Source: Spirochaetales bacterium
GTDB taxonomy: Bacteria; Spirochaetota; Spirochaetia; SZUA-6; RPPD01
Assembly: GCA_016934415.1 (NCBI GenBank)
Contig: JAFGSW010000063.1
Span: 20,043-84,042, forward strand
Length of the DNA stretch: 64,000 bases
Direction of reading: 5' to 3'
Part shown: piece after piece, positions 28,970 through 37,161 of the stretch
Position numbering within the stretch: position 1 is the first letter of the stretch
Layout: each line of letters starts with the position of its first letter
Program-made: the position numbers and the translations under genes
The notes under the pieces: model-generated
What the model saw: only the letters and a program-made list of their open reading frames with translations
Database searches by the model: none
What the model was told of the DNA's origin: nothing

Positions 28970-29758
28970 ATGACGAAAATAGGGGATCGCGCGTCAAAAG
29001 AGTGGTCTATCACGGCCAAATCCATTCTTTCGATCTATAGGAATTTCTTTTTTTGGGTCTTCCGCCGGCCGCTCAACGGGATACAACTCGCCGAACAGTT
29101 CGTACGCACCCTCCTTGAAGGTTTTTTAACGATCGTCATCGGCTCGGTGGTCATGGGCATGTTCATCGCCTGGATCGGCGGTTATTTCGGATCGCTGTAC
29201 GGGGCCGTCAACTACATCGGCGCGGCGGCCACCTTCGCCATTCTCCACGAATTCACGATCATGCTCGTCGGCCTGCTCTACGCCTGCCGCGTCGGCACCG
29301 CTTTCACCGTCGAGATCGGCTCGATGGCCATGAGCGGCCAACTCGACGCCCAGCGGATGATGGCCGTGGAACCGCTCAAGCACATCGTCATCCCGCGCGT
29401 AGTCGCCTCGGTCTTCAGCATCGTCCTTCTCCTCGCCGTCTCCATCGGGATCGGCCTGGTCGCCTCGGCTTTTTTCCTGCAGCTCTGGTTCAATATCACT
29501 TTCGCCACCGTCTTCGACAACGCCTTTATGCTCGTCAAGCCCGGAACCGTCATCCAGGCTTTCGTACGCATAGCGATCATGGGCTTTTTCATTTCCCTGA
29601 ACGCCTGCGCCGTCGGTTTCAATTTTACGGGCGGCGCGATCGAGCTCGGCAAGGCGGCCACTAAGTCCATCGTCATTAATTTCATGTACGTGATGGTGAT
29701 CCAGCTCGTTACGGCGATCCTCGTCACCTACAGCCGCTGGTTTACGGACGTGTTATGA
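28970..29758 (+). CDS. mlaE: MlaE-like ABC transporter permease (phospholipid/lipid trafficking)
   Basis: YrbE/MlaE family polytopic protein. ATG at 28970 chosen because the ORF-track TTG start at 28931 lies inside the -35 box. Confidence 0.8.
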   Translation: MTKIGDRASKEWSITAKSILSIYRNFFFWVFRRPLNGIQLAEQFVRTLLEGFLTIVIGSVVMGMFIAWIGGYFGSLYGAVNYIGAAATFAILHEFTIMLVGLLYACRVGTAFTVEIGSMAMSGQLDAQRMMAVEPLKHIVIPRVVASVFSIVLLLAVSIGIGLVASAFFLQLWFNITFATVFDNAFMLVKPGTVIQAFVRIAIMGFFISLNACAVGFNFTGGAIELGKAATKSIVINFMYVMVIQLVTAILVTYSRWFTDVL

Positions 29759-30507
29759 TCAGAATTGTCGACCTCCATAAATCGTTCGAGGGCAACCTGG
29801 TGCTCGACGGCGTCTCAATCGACATCCCCGATTCGGATTCGCTCGTCATCGTTGGCAAAAGCGGCATCGGAAAATCGGTGCTCTTGAAATGCGTCACCCG
29901 GCTCCTCGTTCCCGACTGCGGACGCGTCTACATCGACGACGAGGACATCACCGTCGCCGGGCGCGACGACCTGCTCCGCATCCGCAGAAAGATCGGTCTC
30001 CTGCTGCAGGAAGGGGCGCTCTTCGACTCGCTCGACGTGTACGAGAACGTCGCCTTTCCGCTCTGGTACCACCGCCTGTTCACCCGGGGGGAAATAGACC
30101 GAAAGGTGCGCCACTACCTCGACATCGTCGAAATGCCCGAATTCATCCACGCCTTCCCCGACGAACTCTCCGGCGGAATGAAACGGAAGGTGGCGCTCGC
30201 CAGAGCCATGATACTCGAGCCGAAATACCTGCTCTACGACGAACCCACCACCGGGCTTGACCCGATGAGCGCCGGCATCGTGGAATCCATGATGATGAAG
30301 CTCAAGCGGGAAATGAACATCACCTCGCTCATCGTCACCCACGATCCGGACCTGGCGCACTACATCGGCGAGCGCATTGCCCTCCTCGACGGGGGAAAAC
30401 TGGTGGCGGTGGAAACACGGGACGGGGCCTTCGAGGAGCAGTCCCCCATTTACGAATATTTCATCCACACGCGGGAAAGGGTGCACAACAACCATGGCAG
30501 TCACTAA
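29755..30507 (+). CDS. mlaF: MlaF-like ABC transporter ATP-binding protein
   Basis: Walker A GKSGIGKS, signature LSGGMKRKV, Walker B LLYDEPTTGLD. ATGA overlap with mlaE. Confidence 0.85.
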   Translation: MIRIVDLHKSFEGNLVLDGVSIDIPDSDSLVIVGKSGIGKSVLLKCVTRLLVPDCGRVYIDDEDITVAGRDDLLRIRRKIGLLLQEGALFDSLDVYENVAFPLWYHRLFTRGEIDRKVRHYLDIVEMPEFIHAFPDELSGGMKRKVALARAMILEPKYLLYDEPTTGLDPMSAGIVESMMMKLKREMNITSLIVTHDPDLAHYIGERIALLDGGKLVAVETRDGAFEEQSPIYEYFIHTRERVHNNHGSH

Positions 30508-31345
30508 ACGACAGGTTTCCAAGGTCATCGTCATCGTGACGATCGCTCTCGCCGTCACCCTGATCATTTTTCTCATGGTGTTCAGGGTGCAGATCTTCTC
30601 GGGCCCGGTCTTCCACATTAAATTCGATCATGTCGGATCGCTCACCAGCGGCGCGGTGGTACGGACGGCCGGCGTGCGGATCGGCACCGTGACCGACATC
30701 GCCATCAATCCGGACGATTTCCGGACGGTTATCGTCACGGTCACCCTCTACCCCAATGAAAAGGTGCGGAAGGGCTCGCGTTTTCTCGTCATGTCCGGCA
30801 GTCTCATCGGCGACCAGTACATCGAGGTGCTGCCCGTCGCGCAGGGCGCGTTCATCACCGGCGGCGAGACCTTCACGGGCGAACCGATCAAGAACCTCGA
30901 TTCGTTCCTGCTCTCCTCCGATACGCTCATCAAGGATTTCACCACCGCCATGAGCACGCTGGCGGATATCTTGAGCGAAAACAAGGACGACATTCACGAG
31001 GCGATCGCCAATATCAACGCGGCCTCCGCCTCGCTCAAGGAATACATGAGCGAGGACAAGGGCGGCGGCCCTTCGCTCTTGAAAAAACTTTCCACCCTGC
31101 TTGACAACCTCGACCGAAGCTCGACCGCCATGACCAAGGTCCTTGAGGACCTCTCCTCGAAGGATTCGGTCGTCACGCTTCTGAATCAAAAAGAGACCAC
31201 GTCCGACATGAAAATCACTTTGAGCAATCTTAAAAAAATCTCTGAAAACTTGGAAAGCGTCGCGAGCGACCTGAAAACGCTCATGAAAGACGTCGTCGGC
31301 CCCTCCCCGACGCCTGTTGGCCGGACGGATGACGGGAAAAACTGA
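30494..31345 (+). CDS. mlaD: MlaD-like MCE-domain protein
   Basis: Internal ATG MAVTKRQVSKVIVIVTIALAV (transmembrane anchor) followed by an MCE domain (...FDHVGSLTSGAVVRTAGVRIGTVTDI...). Confidence 0.8.
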   Translation: MAVTKRQVSKVIVIVTIALAVTLIIFLMVFRVQIFSGPVFHIKFDHVGSLTSGAVVRTAGVRIGTVTDIAINPDDFRTVIVTVTLYPNEKVRKGSRFLVMSGSLIGDQYIEVLPVAQGAFITGGETFTGEPIKNLDSFLLSSDTLIKDFTTAMSTLADILSENKDDIHEAIANINAASASLKEYMSEDKGGGPSLLKKLSTLLDNLDRSSTAMTKVLEDLSSKDSVVTLLNQKETTSDMKITLSNLKKISENLESVASDLKTLMKDVVGPSPTPVGRTDDGKN

Positions 31346-32306
31346 GCCGCTGTTCGCGGGACCTGACGACGGCGGAAAGCGTCTCGACCGGGTCCTGCGC
31401 CGGCACTTTCCCCGTCTCGCCTTAAGCGGGGTGTACCGGCTCATCCGGCGCGGCCGGGTGAAGGTCAACCGCGCCCCCGCCTCTCCCGCGTACCGCCTCA
31501 AGCCGGGCGACCGCATCGACGTCTCCGCCGACGTGGCGGCCCTGGCCCGCGACACGACGATGGAACGCACCGCCCCGCTCACGGGAGACCGCCGGCTCCC
31601 GTCCCTCCCCGTTCTCTACGAAAGCGAGCACGTGCTCGCCGTGAACAAACCGTACGGGGCGCTCGTCCACGGTCCGGACTCGCTCGCCGATATCGTCGCC
31701 GCCGAATACGCCGGAGAGGCGCCTTCCCTTTCCTTCCGGCCCGGACCCGCGCACCGGCTCGACCGCAACACCACCGGTGTCCAGCTTTTCGGCCTGACTC
31801 TCTTCGGGGCGCGGGCGCTGGCGAACAGTTTTCACTCGCACCGGGTGATGAAAATATATTGCGCCCTCGTGGACGGCGAAATACGCGCGGAAGAGGAGTG
31901 GGAGGACGTTCTGGAGAGGGACGATGCCCGGCGGCTTACGATTTCCGCCCGTCCGGACGCTGCACGCGGCTTGTCCGCCACCACCCGGGTCGTACCGTTA
32001 TTTCCGGGGAAGCGATTCTCGCTCGTGTTTTTCCTGCCCGAAACCGGGCGCACCCATCAGCTCCGCTTCCAGTCGTCGCGCCGCGGCCATCCGCTGGCCG
32101 GGGACGCCAAGTACGGCGGATCGATTGACCGATCGCGTTATCTCCTTCACTGCCAGGGACTGGCCGTACGGTCGGACGATCTTTCGCTGCCCCCCCTCTT
32201 CGCCCCCCTCGATCGGTTCGGCCGGAAAACGGTCGAGGAATTGTTCGGGCGGTCGGCGATCGGAACATTGCGCCGTCTGTGCCGCGAACGCCTCACCGGC
32301 GCTTGA
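31329..32306 (+). CDS. RluA-family 23S rRNA pseudouridine synthase
   Basis: S4-like N-terminus. Catalytic motif HRLDRNTTG. PETGRTHQLR motif. Start could be TTG 31317 or ATG 31329. Overlaps the mlaD 3' end. Confidence 0.8.
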   Translation: MTGKTEPLFAGPDDGGKRLDRVLRRHFPRLALSGVYRLIRRGRVKVNRAPASPAYRLKPGDRIDVSADVAALARDTTMERTAPLTGDRRLPSLPVLYESEHVLAVNKPYGALVHGPDSLADIVAAEYAGEAPSLSFRPGPAHRLDRNTTGVQLFGLTLFGARALANSFHSHRVMKIYCALVDGEIRAEEEWEDVLERDDARRLTISARPDAARGLSATTRVVPLFPGKRFSLVFFLPETGRTHQLRFQSSRRGHPLAGDAKYGGSIDRSRYLLHCQGLAVRSDDLSLPPLFAPLDRFGRKTVEELFGRSAIGTLRRLCRERLTGA

Positions 32307-32392
32307 TCGCCCCGCACGAGTCCGCGCGTCCGTTTTCTTGGCACACGGCGCGGAAGAATGTATTTTTAAAGCGAAAGGAAACCGTCACCGCG

Positions 32393-33274
32393 ATGAACGC
32401 CGCCGTCGCCGCCTACTACCACCTCCTCTGGCTGATACGCGGCATCCAGGTGTTCGCCCTCATCGGCCGCAGCGGGACGGGGAAGAGCTTCCGCGCCGCG
32501 CTCATCGCCCAAAAATACAATATCGAGCTCATTCTCGACGACGGGCTTTTGATTCACGATCAGAAAATAATCGCCGGCCGGTCGGCCAAAAGCGAGAAAG
32601 CCTATCTCTCGGCCATCAAGACCGCCCTTTTCGCGGATGAACGCCAGCGCCGGCAAACCATCGACGCCCTCAAGCGATATAAATTCAAGCGCATCCTGAT
32701 CCTGGGCACGTCTTTCGGGATGGTCGCCCGAATCGCCCGCCGGCTGGAGCTCCCCTCGCCGTCACGCGTGATCAACATACAGGACGTCGCCACCGAGGAC
32801 GAAATAAAACTCGCCATGCGCGCCCGGAAAACCGAAGGGAAACACGTTGTCCCCGTCCCGGCCCTGGAAATCAAACGCGATTTCGCCCATCTTATTTACG
32901 AGACCGTCAAGGTGTTTTTCGAGCGGCGCTTTTTCCGATCGAAGAAGCGCAGCGTCTTTGAAAAGACCGTCGTCCGGCCGGAATTCAGCCGGCGCGGGAA
33001 GCTGGAGATATCCGAGACGGCTTTGAGCCAGATGGTATTCCACTGCGTGAGTGAATACAATCCCGCCTTGAGGATTGAAAAACTGATCGTCAAACGCGAG
33101 GCGCACGGGTACATCCTCTCCCTCCACATGCGCGTTCCTTACGGAACCGAGCTCTCAAGCTCTATTCCCCAGCTGCAAAGGTATCTGATCGAAAGCATCG
33201 AAGGGTTCTCCGGGATCCGCCTTTTTCGTGTCGACCTCCTCATTTCGAGAATCGAGCGGCGGAAAAACGAATGA
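32393..33274 (+). CDS. Fusion protein: N-terminal P-loop NTPase/kinase-like domain (HprK-like Walker A) plus C-terminal Asp23/Gls24-like domain
   Basis: Walker A VFALIGRSGTGKSFRAAL. The C-terminal ~110 aa (GKLEISETALSQMVFHCVSEYNPALRIEKLIVKREAHGYILSLHMRVPYGTELSSSIPQLQRYLIESIEGFSGIRLFRVDLLISRIE) follow the Asp23 family pattern. Start chosen at MNAAVAAYYHLL. Confidence 0.6.
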   Translation: MNAAVAAYYHLLWLIRGIQVFALIGRSGTGKSFRAALIAQKYNIELILDDGLLIHDQKIIAGRSAKSEKAYLSAIKTALFADERQRRQTIDALKRYKFKRILILGTSFGMVARIARRLELPSPSRVINIQDVATEDEIKLAMRARKTEGKHVVPVPALEIKRDFAHLIYETVKVFFERRFFRSKKRSVFEKTVVRPEFSRRGKLEISETALSQMVFHCVSEYNPALRIEKLIVKREAHGYILSLHMRVPYGTELSSSIPQLQRYLIESIEGFSGIRLFRVDLLISRIERRKNE

Positions 33275-33290
33275 GTGATTCGGAGGGAAT

Positions 33291-33396
33291 GGAGTACACG
33301 GAGAAAAGAGAGGAGAACGCGGAGGAAAAGGGAAATGCTAGTCATCCCGTTTTTTAGATTCCATCTTTCTCCGTGCTCTCCGTGTCTTTCCTTGAC
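33291..33396. repeat. Long purine-arm/pyrimidine-arm inverted-repeat hairpin element (copy F)
   Basis: ACACGGAGAAAAGAGAGGAGAACGCGGAGGAAAAGGGAAATG ... GATTCCATCTTTCTCCGTGCTCTCCGTGTCTTTCC. Shares the GAGGAAAAG(R)(R)AAATG core with copies E and B. Confidence 0.5.
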
Positions 33397-33537
33397 GGCG
33401 GTCCGTACAAGCAGTTTTTTGTTTTTGGTGCTCCATCTTTCACGTATTTCTTCCGATACTAGTACGGAATGAACCGTATCATCTCAATTGACAGGCTGAT
33501 TTCACCGCACTATGCTTAAAGCCATGAGGGGGAACGT

Positions 33538-34878
33538 ATGAAAACATTGCCGAAACTACTCGCGCTGTTGGCGGCGGCGCTCCTGTTCGTAAACGCCGAC
33601 ACCACCGCCGCGACCTCGCCCGGTGGCGCCATCGCCCAGGTCAATTCGGACCATTACCGGATTTTTTATCAAGGCTCGGATGAGGACGCCCGCCTGTTCG
33701 GCGCGAAGATGGAGAGCTGCCTTGAGCTCTACAATTCAGTGCTCCATTTCGACCTGGCCAAACTGCTGATCAAGCTCAAGGTGCGGATCTTCTCCGACAA
33801 AAGCGGGTTCGACGCGTACTTGAAATCCGTCGTCAAGGAGACCAAGGACGATTTCGTCTACATCCACTATACCGATCTGGCCAGGTGCGAGCTCGTCGGC
33901 TTTCAGAAGACCGTCGAAGCCGATTTCTATACCGCGCTCCTCCATCAAGGCGCCGTTCAATTCCTGAAAGCGTATGTTTCCAATCCTCCCCTTTGGCTCC
34001 AGGAAGGATTGGCCGCGTATTTCGAACAATCTCAGTTTAATGAGGAAAAGAACAAATTCGACCTCCCGTCCGACCTCATCTGGCTTACCAGCCTGAAAAA
34101 ACTCGTGAAAGGCGATTCGGAAAATGCCCTGATCTCTTTCGATTCGTTTCTTGTCATAGACAAGACTCAGGCACAGGCCGATCTGGCTTCCTTCTACCCC
34201 GAGGCTTGGGGTCTCGTCTATTTCCTTCTCCACAGCCAGGATTCGAACATCAACCGGATTCTCTGGGACAGCATTGCGGCGCTCGATCCCGCCTTAAGCG
34301 TGAAGGACAATTCCGCGCGCGTGATGGATAAAGCCTTTTCCTGGTACGGCGTGGACAAGATCGAGACCGCGTTCAAGGACTATTACAACGGACTCAAGAC
34401 GTTGTCCGACCTGGTGGCGGAAGGCGTTTCATATTACAGCGGCAATGAGCTCGACAAGGCCCGTGAATCCTTCACTCAAGCCGAGGGGAGGAACCCCGAC
34501 AACTATATTCCGTATTATTACCTGGGCTTGATCAGCTATAATAAGAAGGATTACGGCAAGGCGGAGACGTTATATCTCAAGGCGCTCGATCTCAAGGCCC
34601 CGGCGGCTCTCATTAACTACGCCATCGGCGTCAACGCGTATGCCGACAACAACTATGATAAAGCGGCGACGTATCTTAAAAACGCCAAAACCGAAGACCC
34701 GAAAAACTACGGCGACAAAGTTGATACCATCCTTTCGAGCATCGAAGGGGAAACCGCCGGCGGCGCCGACGTTTCTCCCTCACCGAATCCTTCTCCCGCT
34801 CCCGCTCCGGAAGCCAGCCCCGCTCCCGTTCCTGATTCCGACTCCGACACCGAGCCCCTGGACGACGAGGAGATGTAG
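33538..34878 (+). CDS. Secreted TPR-repeat protein with a Ser/Pro-rich acidic C-terminal tail
   Basis: Signal peptide. Internal TPR-like repeats (YYYLGLISYNKKDYGKAETLYLKALDL...). Tail SPSPNPSPAPAPEASPAPVPDSDSDTEPLDDEEM. Confidence 0.65.
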   Translation: MKTLPKLLALLAAALLFVNADTTAATSPGGAIAQVNSDHYRIFYQGSDEDARLFGAKMESCLELYNSVLHFDLAKLLIKLKVRIFSDKSGFDAYLKSVVKETKDDFVYIHYTDLARCELVGFQKTVEADFYTALLHQGAVQFLKAYVSNPPLWLQEGLAAYFEQSQFNEEKNKFDLPSDLIWLTSLKKLVKGDSENALISFDSFLVIDKTQAQADLASFYPEAWGLVYFLLHSQDSNINRILWDSIAALDPALSVKDNSARVMDKAFSWYGVDKIETAFKDYYNGLKTLSDLVAEGVSYYSGNELDKARESFTQAEGRNPDNYIPYYYLGLISYNKKDYGKAETLYLKALDLKAPAALINYAIGVNAYADNNYDKAATYLKNAKTEDPKNYGDKVDTILSSIEGETAGGADVSPSPNPSPAPAPEASPAPVPDSDSDTEPLDDEEM

Positions 34879-34905
34879 GTTTATTCACCGACCCCCGAAC
34901 CTATC

Positions 34906-34942
34906 AAGCGGCGCGCCGATAAACGGGCGCCGCTTTTTTTTC
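34906..34942 (+). terminator. Rho-independent terminator
   Basis: AAGCGGCGCGCC-gataaac-GGGCGCCGCTT followed by TTTTTTTT. Confidence 0.8.
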
Positions 34943-35029
34943 GCGCTTTACATTCACACGCTTTCCGATTAATCTGGAGCACGTCTTCCGAAAACACGGG
35001 CTTCCGCCCCGGAGAAAGAGGTAGCCTTC

Positions 35030-36340
35030 GTGAAATCACCTATCGAACCGAAACTCCTCAAGGGCTTCCGCGATTTCCTCCCCGAAAGTGAGATCGTGCG
35101 AAAATCCATGACGAGGAAATTGGAAACCGTCTTCGAGCAGTTCGGATTCGTCCCCATCGATACTCCGGCGATCGAATACGCCGAGATACTGCTCGGCAAG
35201 AGCGGCGGCGAAACGGAAAAGCAGATCTATTCCTGGAGAGATCAGGGGGGACGCCGCGTGGCGCTCCGCTTCGACCTGACTGTTCCATTCGCCAGGTTCC
35301 TGGCCCAGCACCGGCCCCGCCTTGTTTTCCCCTTCAAACGCTACCACATCGCGAAAGTGTGGCGTGGAGAAAATCCCCAGGCCGGCCGCTATCGTGAATT
35401 CATGCAATGCGATTTCGACATCGTCGGCGCGGATTCCGTCTCCGCCGACGCCGAAATCCTGCTTGTCGTCTGCCGCAGCTTCAAGTCGCTCCGCATCGAA
35501 GATTTCAAGATTCACGTTTCCCACCGCGGGGCGCTTAATGATTTTCTCTCTTCACTCGGCATTGCCGACCGTTCGGCCGACATCCTGCGTCTCGTGGATA
35601 AATCGAGAAAAATCGGGCCTGAGAAGACCTCCTCCGAACTCGCCGCTCTCATCGGTCCCGAAAAAACGGATTCGATCCTCGATTTTATCTCATTCGTCGA
35701 TTCAAATGAACTGGCTCTTCAAAAAATGGCCGGCATCCTCGGAGAAGACAATTCCCACGTCGGACGGCTCAGGGACGTGTACGCCTGTTTCCGAGAATTG
35801 GGTATGGCTCACTACCTCGTCTTCGATCCTTCCATCACCCGCGGCTTGGATTATTATACCGCTCTCGTGTTCGAGACCTTCGTCGCCGGCGCCGAGGGAA
35901 TGGGCTCTGTGTGCAGCGGCGGCCGGTATGACAACCTCGTCTCCGTGTATTCGAAAGAGAAGCTCTCCGGAATCGGCGGATCGGTGGGGATCGACCGGCT
36001 GCTTGCCGTGATCGAGGAACTCGGCGAGCTCCCCTCCTGGAAGGGGAAGACGCAGATCGTCATCCCCGTCGTTGACGAGGACCTTGCTCGCTATTACCAC
36101 AAGCTGGCCGAAATGCTGAGGAGCGAGGGCTTCAATGTGGAAGTGTTCCATGAAAAACTCAAGCTGGCCGCGCAATTCACGCTGGCCGAGAAAAAAGGCA
36201 TACCCTGCGCGGTGATCGTCGGCGGCCGGGAACGGGAACGCAATGTCGTCCAGGTCAGGGATTTCGCCACCCGTTCCAATTTCGAGAATCTCTCCGTACC
36301 GGAAGCCATCGTCAAGCTTAAGGGTATCCTGCAGGTGTGA
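35030..36340 (+). CDS. hisS: Histidyl-tRNA synthetase
   Basis: GTG start with AGAGG ribosome-binding site. Class II aaRS motifs (..LKGFRDFLPE.., ..RYHIAKVWRGENPQAGRYREFMQCDFD..). Confidence 0.9.
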   Translation: MKSPIEPKLLKGFRDFLPESEIVRKSMTRKLETVFEQFGFVPIDTPAIEYAEILLGKSGGETEKQIYSWRDQGGRRVALRFDLTVPFARFLAQHRPRLVFPFKRYHIAKVWRGENPQAGRYREFMQCDFDIVGADSVSADAEILLVVCRSFKSLRIEDFKIHVSHRGALNDFLSSLGIADRSADILRLVDKSRKIGPEKTSSELAALIGPEKTDSILDFISFVDSNELALQKMAGILGEDNSHVGRLRDVYACFRELGMAHYLVFDPSITRGLDYYTALVFETFVAGAEGMGSVCSGGRYDNLVSVYSKEKLSGIGGSVGIDRLLAVIEELGELPSWKGKTQIVIPVVDEDLARYYHKLAEMLRSEGFNVEVFHEKLKLAAQFTLAEKKGIPCAVIVGGRERERNVVQVRDFATRSNFENLSVPEAIVKLKGILQV

Positions 36341-36642
36341 TCGTCATGTTACGTGCCGCGTCCGGCCCCCGTGAAGAAGCCTTCACCATCGCCGTCAAGG
36401 TGATTCCCTCGGCGCCCGGTAACCGTTTCGCCGGATACCAGGGAAAGGAACTGGTGGTGAAAATCGCCGCCCCGCCCGAGAAAGGCAAGGCGAACAAGGA
36501 GTTGATCGCCTTTTTTTCGAAATCGCTCGGCATCTCCAAAAGCGGCGTCGCATTGCTTCGCGGCGAAACGTCCCACCACAAGCTTCTGAGCCTTCCATTA
36601 TCAAGCCGGGAGGCCCTGGAACGCATCCTCTCTCCCGAATGA
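36337..36642 (+). CDS. DUF167/YggU-family small protein
   Basis: ...IPSAPGNRFAGYQGKELVVKIAAPPEKGKANKELIAFFSKSLGISKSGVALLRGETSHHKL matches the DUF167 pattern. Overlaps the hisS stop. Confidence 0.7.
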   Translation: MIVMLRAASGPREEAFTIAVKVIPSAPGNRFAGYQGKELVVKIAAPPEKGKANKELIAFFSKSLGISKSGVALLRGETSHHKLLSLPLSSREALERILSPE

Positions 36643-36660
36643 TGCGCTTGAGATAATTCG

Positions 36661-36786
36661 ATAAGGAACCCAGGAAACCAGGCAAAGAATCCTGAGGGAA
36701 AAGAATGAAACATGACGCTGCATATATCTGAGACCGGTTTGTTTTCATATTTTTTGTTTCCTTTCTTGGTTTCCCGGCTTCCTTAT
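36661..36786. repeat. MITE-like element copy B (126 bp)
   Basis: Left ATAAGGAACCCAGGAAACCAGG. Right CTTGGTTTCCCGGCTTCCTTAT, an imperfect reverse complement. The interior contains GAGGGAAAAGAATGAAAC, related to copies E and F. Confidence 0.6.
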
Positions 36787-37161
36787 AGATTCTTCCGAAC
36801 TGAATTCCAAAAAAGGGGGTGGTAAACCGGCAGGCTGATTGACAAACGGATATCCCAAAGTTATAGTAAAGTACTGGATTCGATCGTTTTGAAACGGCGC
36901 CGGAAATCCGGCGAGGCATTTCCCGTTACGGCGATTTTCTTTTTCATCGGAAAAGGATCCTCTGAAAACTCCATGACCTTCGGGTTCTTGAGTCGTCGAA
37001 GGATCCCGCGCCGGGGCAATACGCCCCTTTTATGAAGGAACGAGCGCGTCCCAGGCGGCCCGTGATGGCTCCTGAATCGGGAAAGAATACCCTTAAAGAC
37101 GACAGTTTTTTGGGGACCCTCAAATCATCAACCCCTTTCGGGGGGGACAAAGGAGTCCAGT

